64,000 nucleotides of DNA. Origin: Eledone cirrhosa. Lineage: Eukaryota. Shown here in pieces: positions 54,111 through 64,000 of this stretch. Numbering within the stretch: the first letter of the stretch is position 1; the number at the start of each line of letters is the position of its first letter. The DNA lies in assembly GCA_964016885.1 (NCBI GenBank), contig OZ024742.1:186930001-186994000 (forward strand), read 5' to 3'. The translations under genes and the position numbers were made by a program. The notes beneath the pieces are model-generated. The model saw nothing but the letters and a program-made list of their open reading frames with translations, did not search any database and was not told where the DNA came from.

Positions 54111-54683
54111 TCACATTTTTAAAAGATGCGCGTAGCTGCTCACGGTGAATAAACCAAATTTAGTATCAAAGAGAAAGTAGCAAAATGTGTGGGTTGTACA
54201 TAGAGGGAACAGATGATATGAGAGAGTAAAACGGACAGTATCACCATCAACATGAACAATGTAAAATGAAAAGAATAATTTAGTTTCATTTTACGTGTTG
54301 TTTCAGCTTGGAAAGAGAAAGTAGCAGAAAGTATGAAGTTGTATAGATTTTGAATGGTAATGGAAAGAGGTAATCAAATCGTAAAATATTAAGTTTTATC
54401 GATGTTTTGCGAATTGTGGGTGAAATTGAATAAAATTATATGTGCTAAGACCCAATCGAAGCTATTTCGAATATTGAATTGTAAATTTCAGTTGAAGAAA
54501 TCCTATATCGTAGATTTCTATAACAAATAAACGTGACCATAAACTGAGCTTTATAGATTATGATATATATATAAAAATGAAAAACAAAGCTAACCTCGGT
54601 GGGATTTGAACTTAGACCATAAAGGGCCATAACTGTATGATGCAAAGCATGATGTCCGACGCTCTAGCGATACTGCCAATCCA

Positions 54684-54983
<300 letters not shown>

Positions 54984-55667
54984 AAATGGGGAGAAGAATA
55001 CTGCTGGTTGCACATGGATAACATGTAATAAAATGAGTCCCTCATCAGTGATTTGCCGACGATCATAGATATTTCATTGCATTAAAAATCATATACCTCA
55101 CGTCGGTGCAATAATAAATAAATAAAGTTATTAGGACAATTAAAACGCGTAAAGCGAGTGAGACAAGATAACAACAAAGAGGAGAGCTAACCGTAGAGAG
55201 GAAGGGAACAAGCTGCATAGTTATTCTGTTAGCATAAGCTAGGTGAATATATGAGCGCTTAGAAAAAATACCTTTCGGGCTGAATCCAAATGTGAGAAAG
55301 AAAGAATTTGTTTTCGTCGCGAACGGGGTGAAGTAAGAAGGGGAGAAACAGTGAGTGAGTGAGTGGAAGTGTGAGGAAGAGTTAACTGACATGACAGAGG
55401 GGGCGAAAGAAAGTAGGAGAAACAGAGAGAACGAGGGAACAGTAAGAGAGAGAGAGAAAAAAATAGAATCGCAGTTTAGGTAAATATATGTGAAAAAATG
55501 GGGAGAAGAATACTGCTGGTTGCACATGGATAACATGTAATAAAATAAATCCCTCGTCAGTGATTTGCCGACGATCATAGATATTTGATTGCATTAAAAA
55601 TCATATACCTCACGTCGGTGCAATAATAACTAAATTAAGTTATTAGGACAATTAAATCGCGTAAAGC

Positions 55668-55889
<222 letters not shown>

Positions 55890-56298
55890 GTGGTGGATTG
55901 ACAGTATCGCTAGAGCGTCGGACATCATGCTTTGCATCATACAGTTATGGCCCTTTATGGTCTAAGTTCAAATCCCACCGAGATTAGCTTTGTCTTTCAT
56001 TTTTATGGGGTCGATAAAATAAAGTACCAGTCTCACACTGGGAGCGTTTTAATCGACTTTTTCCTCCCCTTTAAATTGTTGGCCTTGTGCCTAACTCAGA
56101 AATTATCATAAGGGCGGTGGATTGGCAGTATCGGTAGAGGGTCGGACGCCATGCTTTGCAACAAAGAGTTACGGCCCTTTATTGTCTAAGTTTAAATCCC
56201 GCCGAGGTTAACTTTGCCTTCCATCCTTACGGGGTCAATAAGATAAAGTACCAGTAATACACTGGGATAATTGCTGGCCTTGTGCCAAAAGTAAAATC

Positions 56299-56300
<2 letters not shown>
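55890..56300 (+). mobile_element. Two tandem tRNA-derived SINEs
   Basis: A box TG(G/A)CAGTATCG, B box GTT(C/T)AAATC and core CCTTCCATCCTTACGGGGTC. Confidence 0.85.
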
Positions 56301-56329
<29 letters not shown>

Positions 56330-56344
56330 CATTACACACACATT

Positions 56345-56381
<37 letters not shown>

Positions 56382-56675
56382 TGCTTGGAGAACAAGAGAC
56401 AATTACTGTCATATTATAAACTTATAAATGTAAAGTTAACAATAAATAGTTAACAAATGAAAACAACAAATATACAATATTGCAGAAGGTAAAGTGTAAT
56501 GTAGGACGTGATTAAGTAATTAATTAGCTTGTAACGAAATTAATCTCAAAATAGACAAGTTTATTATTTCCATGTAAACTATTTTTTTAATAAACACGCA
56601 ACTATATACAAACAGACGCACGCATATACATGTAAAAGAAAATATATAAATATGCATATACTTACACCTACACAC

Positions 56676-56745
<70 letters not shown>

Positions 56746-56796
56746 ATATATAATTGGAAATCAGTAAAATCTAATCTCAGACGGTTTTCATGTGTA

Positions 56797-56829
<33 letters not shown>

Positions 56830-57086
56830 TTACATTATCAAAATTCGTTATCTATCTATTTATTTATCTATCTATCTATCTACCATTTTTCCTCTCTCTC
56901 TTCTTCTCTATTTCTGTCTTCAGTTTCTCGTCTTTATAGAAACTTCTATGTATATACATATATACGTATATTCTGTGCATATATATATATAGATGTATAT
57001 ACATATATATTCATTATACATACAAATATATTTGTATAATGTATATTTATATATAACGTACACAGACACTAAAACGTACAATCATA

Positions 57087-57171
<85 letters not shown>

Positions 57172-57257
57172 GTATAATATATATTATATATATATACACA
57201 TATATATGTGTGTGTATGTATGTGTATACACAAATACATACATGTATATGTGTATAA

Positions 57258-57333
<76 letters not shown>

Positions 57334-57378
57334 GTACATATAAATATATATGTACACATATATATGTATGTATATAGA

Positions 57379-57412
<34 letters not shown>

Positions 57413-57419
57413 CTTATAC

Positions 57420-58088
57420 ACTTATTCAACAATTCTCATCTAGCAACTCATTCTATAGCTTTGGCCGATATAGCAACACCAACTAAATATAGCAGCTGTG
57501 TTAGACTCCTTAGTATTTGTCTTATTTCACTTCTCACTTTCCAACCTTACATTCTGATACATCTTTCTCTCATTTTTTATTATATTCTTTTTTCTTATAT
57601 TTTTTCTTTGTCCCCTAATCGCTTTTGTTTTAATCTTTCTATACCGTCCCTCTTCCACTTTCTTAAGAAACCTTTTTTCGCCAACCTAGTCTGGTCTAAT
57701 TTCATATACATTCCTTAGAATTTGCCGTGTAGATTTCACCTTCTACGCTTGACCGGCTCTACCGACTCCTTTATCGTTCTACAGGCAAGTTCAGCCATCC
57801 CCACCCCGCACCTACTGCCATGATAGACTTTTCTGTGTCTGCTACAAATTTTGACCAATTCTCTTGACAACTACAATCTTCCCATATAAAGAAGTACCCC
57901 TTGATAAGTTCGGCTATTTATTTACCAGACTAAAAATACTCTTATTTTAGTCCAAAAATAGCCGTCGAAACGGCTTGAGCTCTGCCGTCGGGGTCATACT
58001 TTCTCCTATCACCCACTCTACTACCCTAAGTATTGAGTACCCTGGTGTATTATGGTCCATCTGGTTCCTTACCACAACTCCTCCGTTA
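57420..58088 (+). mobile_element. Solo diverged Naiad-type pLTR
   Basis: Homologous to 40470-41010 plus the terminal segment seen inverted at 36895-36980. Confidence 0.8.
57892..58001 (+). ncRNA. Type I hammerhead with UUGAUAA (U3-A8) core; predicted cut after 57989
   Basis: ACCCC-TTGATAA-GTT CGGCTATTT..GACTAAAA..TTTTAGTC..AAATAGCCG TC-GAAA-CGGC TTGAGCTCT GCC-GTC-GGGGT. Confidence 0.82.
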
Positions 58089-58919
58089 TATATATATATA
58101 TATATATATATCACTGTTAGGAATTTGTTCATATATCTCTGGAACTCTGTATATTTGTATATATATATTGCAAAACAAATTAAATAACGAAGTATATATA
58201 CATAACAACAAAACTGAAGGCCCCAAGGTAGAGAAGATCTCCAAATTATGGAAAGGGGACTGCAACAGAGAAGAACTGAAATCCCTTCAACGCTGGGAAA
58301 AAAGTGCCGCTTGGTTCCTACACTATGAATCGACTTTTCAAACGGATTACACCTCCAATAACCCGTTCATAAAAATAGGAAAACCCATAACTGAACCGCA
58401 CAACAACTTCTCAAACCCCCAAGCCTCTAACAAACGAAGAAGGAAGCACCACACCGAAGATGAACTTCCCAACCTCGCTACCATAAGAAGGAACAAAAAC
58501 CCAAGAAATTATCTCCCCCAGAATGACATTTACAACTTTCCCCCTTCGAGGAGACACCATACAAAATCACTCAACTACTACGCGGATGCCTCATCGTCAA
58601 ACATAGGGAAAAGATACCACCACCATGATAGATGTAACAACTTCCCCACTTCAAGGGGACAGCAAGGTAATTACCATTTTCTCAACTCTCGCTTCCACAA
58701 TACACAACAAACCCACACCACACGATACAACCAACAACGTAGGCCACTTATAACACCACAATACAACATGGCACATAGAAACACACACCCATACTCGCAG
58801 TACAGGAACACCCCATTCAATCTACAACCACCAACCCGAACCACATTTTATAACAACAAGGAATATAACAAACACAGGAGTCCACTTAACATCAGCAGAC
58901 AACCCCTCTACCCCAACCA

Positions 58920-58926
58920 TTTTTTA
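58920..58926 (+). promoter_or_regulatory. Candidate -1 frameshift heptamer T TTT TTA
   Basis: It is in X XXY YYZ phase with ORF1, and the -1 frame is the RT frame. Confidence 0.65.
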
Positions 58927-61365
58927 GACACAGCACACAGATACAGGCAAACAAAATAACACAAGACAGGGAGGAGAAACCGATAGTAATAAAAATTATC
59001 AATCTTACTAGTGCAGAACCAACACCCAACCCTATCAACTTACTCTCCAAAGGTCTTAAATTCACACCGACCCCACTACGTTCTAACTACTATGAAATGA
59101 AGGAAGACATCACAGACTTCTGTAGAAAGTTACGACTTAGTGAACAACTATTCGACCAGTACAATGAGGATGAATCATTAGCCAGAAATAGAAGCAATTA
59201 CACCCCTTCAAAAGGTAGAAATAAAATCCTGGACGAATTCTGTGAACACATCACAAACTTCCCTTACCAACACTTCCACAGACAAAAACACAATCCAAAC
59301 CTCAACAAGAAAGAATGGGAAGAATTAAATAGATTAAAAACCGACAGAACCATTACAATTAAAGCGGCTGATAAAGGGAGTACAGTAGTCCTAATGGAGA
59401 CAGAATTCTATATCAACTTAGCGCTCTCCACTTTGGAAAACGAAACATACTACGAAAAGGCTGAACACTACAATCAACAGAAAATTATGAGAAACCTAAA
59501 AACTCTAATCAACCAATACAAAGAAGGACTCACTAACAAGGAATTCAGCTTCATCACAGACTTCACAAGTAAATCCAGCCTTTTCTACGGTATCCCTAAA
59601 GTACATAAAAGCGAATCAATAAGTAAGGCATGCAAGGAAGCCACAGACATAGTCATCAATGTCCCCTCACCCAATGATCTCAAATTAAGACCTATAATAG
59701 CAGGCCCCGCTTGCAAAACCCACCGCCTTAGCAACTTCATTGATACCCTTCTCAAACCCTTCCTCAAACACATCAAAAGCTATATAAGGGACGACCTAGA
59801 TATGCTCAATCACCTCCCTAATATGCCACTTTCTGAACAAACCCTACTAGTGACGTTCGATGTAGTCAACCTATACTCCAACATCCCCCACAACCTAGGA
59901 ATAGAAGCTATCCAATTCTGGCTGGATAATTTCCACAATGAACTCCCACAACGCATCAAAAAAGAATTCGTGATAGAGGGACTCACATTTATCTTGGAGA
60001 ACAATTACTTCGTTTTCAATAACAAACCCTACAGGCAGAAATCTGGGACCGCTATGGGAACGAAAACAGCCCCCACTTATGCTAACCTAGTCATGGGATA
60101 CCTGGAAATCACCCTCTACACTAAAGTCCTAAACAAATTTGGAAACACCCTCCACTTACACATTGAAAGGAACTGGAAGCGATATCTAGATGACTGCTTC
60201 ATCCTTTGGCACGAAAACATCGAAAAACTTAAAGAATTTCACACCCTTATAAATGGGGTCAACACGAATATTAACTTCACGATGGAATACAGCCACCAAC
60301 AACTGCCCTTCCTCGACATCTTCATTAAGATCCATAACAAACAAATAGAAACAGACATATACTACAAGCCCACAGACTCCAAGCAATATCTCCCTTTCAA
60401 CTCTTGCCACACTAGACACGTTAAAATTAATATTCCCTACAACTTAGCCAAGAGAATCTGTACTATTGTCTCCAATAAAAACATCTGCTACTTACGGCTA
60501 CAAGAACTAAAAAACACACTCATAGGCAGGGACTACCCTGCATCACTAATTGAAAATGGAATCCAACGTGCCCTAAAACTCAGTACCCAGGACCTTAGAC
60601 ACCCTAAAGTAAATCAACCGAAACTAAAAGCTCTTCCATACATCTCCACACACAACCCCCTCAACAATGAGGCCTTTGACACCATCCTCCAGAACATCCC
60701 TGTGTTGAAAAGGAACCATGGAATGAACGAAATCCTACGAACACACGATATCATAAAGAGCAAAAGACAATCCAAGTCAATGAAAAACATCCTAACATAT
60801 GCCAAAGTACTGCCAACCACAACAACGAAACCCACAGTAAAAAAATGCGATCGACCCAACTGTGGCATTTGCATCAACCTAATAGAGGGTTCGGAATTCT
60901 ATTTCAAAGAAGGACAACGTTTTATAGTAAAACACAATTTCACATGTGCATCGGAAAATCTAATATATGTATTAACTTGCTCAGGTTGTCGAGAACAATA
61001 CATAGGCCAGACCAAAAACAGCCTCCGCCAACGCATGACTGTCCATAGATCCCAAATTAAAATACGGGAATACAGAAAATACCAATGAGTGAACACATTG
61101 ATACCTGTGCCGCCCAAAATCATCCCAACTTCAGAATCTTTCCCCTCTACAAATTTAAAGATAATGCCACCCACACCCAGCGCATCAGCAAGGAATCTTA
61201 CTTCATTAACAAATACGGACCCCGTCTAAACACTTCTCCCTAAGACGAACCCACAACATACACACGTTAACAAACATACCTACATCAGCACACATCTCTA
61301 CCCACATATAAACACAATGACATACGTAAACACACATGCTCTATGGTGCAACACAAAAAAATACA

Positions 61366-61417
<52 letters not shown>

Positions 61418-61934
61418 ATATATGTATGTGTGTATATATATAGTGAATATCATTTCACACCTTTTATTGTTAAGATTTTTCATGTTCTATTAAGAGAACC
61501 GATTTTACTGAAAAAATCGAATAATGTACACCATTTTACCAGGGTGAAAAAAATACTGGTCCACACATACACACACACACACATTCTCACACACACACAC
61601 GCACACACATATATATACACACACACATACACACGCGTACATTAACATACAAAGAGGCCTATACACACACACACACACACACACGCACTTCTCCGTATAA
61701 GACAAAAGCTGAAAAATATCTTTTGACATGCTAAAATACCCCCCATTACTTACAGACACATTCTTACTGACCATCCCTGCTACCACGAATTACTCTGCTA
61801 TACCCCCCCACACATACACTAATCTTAATAGCCATTTGACACACATCCCTGCTAACCATTATCACAACATCGAACACCTTACTACTACTACACACACACA
61901 CACACATATTTGTTGTGAAAGAGTCATTTCTCAA

Positions 61935-62180
61935 TCTTGGCGCAAAACCAATTTTTTATTCACATGACCTCTACCGACCAATCAAAATTGTTTTGACCAC
62001 AAGAATTTTTGCAAACACCAAGTAGCGCTGGAGCCACTTTATTAACATAAAAACAGTCTTGGCGCAAAATCAATTTTTTACATTCACATGACCTCTACCG
62101 ACCAATCAAAATTGTTTTGAGCACAAGAATTTTTGCAACACCAAAGTAGCGCTGGAGCCACTTTTTTAACATAAAAACAG
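61935..62180. repeat. ~121-bp tandem duplication in the PLE 3' region
   Basis: TCTTGGCGCAAA...CATAAAAACAG occurs twice. Confidence 0.85.
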
Positions 62181-62218
62181 ATCAGAGCAAACAACACGGA
62201 CACTCTATCTCAAAATTA

Positions 62219-62256
62219 TTTTTGAAAAGCATTTAGAAATGCGCAACCGGTAAAAA
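62219..62256 (+). ncRNA. Hammerhead-like motif with UUGAAAA core and GCAA in place of GAAA
   Basis: TTT-TTGAAAA-GCATT TAGA AATGC-GCAA-CCGG-TA-AAAA. Confidence 0.5.
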
Positions 62257-62379
62257 CTTAAAAACTTAAAACCACAACTGAATACTAACCCATACAATTA
62301 CTAATACTCTTTTATTCCCATTTTTCAACTGTGAACAATTTGTCAGCATTTTCTATTCCGTTTACCAATATATATATAT

Positions 62380-62412
<33 letters not shown>

Positions 62413-62779
62413 TATATATGTTGTGTGTTATATATATATATAAATTAGCGAGAATCGCATTTCGGCTATTGGAAATTATCGAAAAACAACTTCCGAGATG
62501 TGTGGCAAGCGCTCCATAGAAACTGGTGAACTAGAGCAACAACGTAAGTTAAAAGGCTAAACACGCTGAGACGATGGTTAAACCATTATCTGCAAAGCCA
62601 TAGAAACAACCAAGCTTTTCGGGTAAAAAAAATAATAAAATATGATTGAAAATTATACCCGGACCCTTAGTGGTGAGGTCCAATAACTTACGTTGTTGCT
62701 CTAGTTAACTAGTTTCTATGGAGCGCTTTCCAAAGTTGATTTTCGCTAATTTCCAATACCCGAAATGCAATTCTCGCTA

Positions 62780-62817
<38 letters not shown>

Positions 62818-62819
<2 letters not shown>

Positions 62820-63980
62820 CAACATCATAAAGAGCAAAAGACAACCTAAATCCATAAAAAACATCCTCACACAAGCAAAAATCCAACAAACCCCCACAAT
62901 GAACCCTACAGTAACAAAATGCGGAATGCCCAACTGTGGCATATGGATAAATCTAATAGAAGGTTCAACATTCCATTTTAAAGAAGGACAACATTTCACA
63001 GTTAAACACAACTTTACATGTGCATCTGAAAATCTAATCTATGTTTTGACCTGCTCAGGTTGTCAAGAGCACTACATAGGACAGACAAAAAACAGCCTCC
63101 GACAACGGCTGACCGTCCATAAATCACAAATCAAAATACAGGAATACAGAAAGATTGCGTTTAGTGACCATATCGCCAATTGTGCACCCAAGCAACATCC
63201 AAACTTCAAAATTTTCCCCATTTACAAATTCATAGACAACGTTACTTTCAACCATCGTACTAATAAGGAAACGTATTTCATTAACAAATTCAAACCCCTA
63301 CTTAATGCACTAAACTTCGGACTAAACTAAAACTGGAACGAACAATGAAACATTTACAAATACCTATGTCTCTCTAAAGAGTTACCTCCCTCACACCCTA
63401 CCTAATCCTTTTTCTTAAATAAATTAAATATCATCCAGCATGAATTACCTCTCCCTGCATATTAACTCTCTAAAAAGGGAAATCATATAAAACCCCAGTC
63501 CACCATTTGCCTCCATAATGGATCAACTAAGCACTCTTGCTATATTAACACATTTTGATCGGCTTATCTTCAAGAACTATGCCTGCAAATAACATTATTT
63601 GTTCTTACACATTGACTTATTATGCTCCACATTACGTCCCTTTTATTCTTTTTTCTTTTCACCTCATAAACCTTGTTTGTAAATAACGTTATTCTTTCTG
63701 CACCATTTCTTTAACATGTCCAACACCACCATTCTACACCAATACATATTATAATTTGATAATGCATAAAAATGCTGAAACCGGTAATAGACAATTATTA
63801 AATAAATAAATAAATACCATTGTTAATTAATTAATAAATCAACTTAACACTTCACACAAAGTAAAATATTTCGTTTTAATCATTTTCTAAACCCAGAAAA
63901 AAAGAGAGAAATAAATAAAAAGGGAAAAAAAATATTTCTCTTCCTAATAATCGTCTTTTTCTCACTGTTTTCATACATAA
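62818..63980 (+). mobile_element. Second Neptune-like PLE, 3' fragment (GIY-YIG + pLTR)
   Basis: ORF 62899-63330 is closely similar to 60830-61243. Confidence 0.9.
63754..63790 (+). ncRNA. Minimal hammerhead with UUGAUAA (U3-A8) core and weak stem I
   Basis: AT-TTGATAA-T GCAT AAAA ATGC T-GAAA-CCGG-TA-AT, with AATAAA downstream. Confidence 0.6.
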
Positions 63981-64000
63981 ATATATATATATATACTTCG

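Larger units (their letters stand above)
58110..62370 (+). mobile_element. Neptune-like PLE, near intact: ORF1 (to 58959) and RT/GIY-YIG frame (58890-61243, one late frameshift near 61080)
   Basis: INLT..LLSKGLKFTPTP, ADKG, FYGIPKVHK, RPIIAG, FDVVNLY, GTAMGT..APTYANL, RYLDDC, linker CxxxxCxxC and NLIYVLTC..CREQYIGQT. The 3' extent is inferred. Confidence 0.92.

Noticed and set aside
56112-56210. tRNA genes
   Set aside because: The A and B boxes belong to SINE heads that continue into a SINE core and tail. No full cloverleaf.
58033-58110. Start of the 308-aa ORF as a real N-terminus
   Set aside because: It runs through a Naiad pLTR end and a TA tract. The true start of the Neptune ORF1 is not visible.

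Overview
This is repeat-saturated, AT-rich eukaryotic intergenic or intronic DNA. The SINE types and microsatellite load suggest an octopod cephalopod, which is an inference. No host protein-coding gene is supported, and most listed ORFs are microsatellite read-throughs. The window holds Penelope-like retroelements (PLEs) of four apparent clades (Naiad-, Poseidon-, Neptune- and Nematis-like), nearly all embedded in (TA)n. It also holds RTE LINEs with C-terminal C2H2 fingers and their non-autonomous derivatives, R4/Dong-like and HERO-like RLE LINE ends, tRNA-derived SINEs, Helitron and MITE relics, and four minisatellites. Reading both strands by eye reveals about 21 type I hammerhead ribozyme motifs in PLE pseudo-LTRs. 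Six have a non-canonical UUGANAA core, in which the C3-G8 pair is covaried to U3-A8, and they occur in two different PLE clades. Several motifs have greatly enlarged stem II. A near-intact Neptune-like PLE appears to need a -1 ribosomal frameshift at a U UUU UUA heptamer. RLE LINE ends sit inside (TATG)n arrays that RTE tails appear to generate. All folds are manual, nothing was computed, and element boundaries are approximate.
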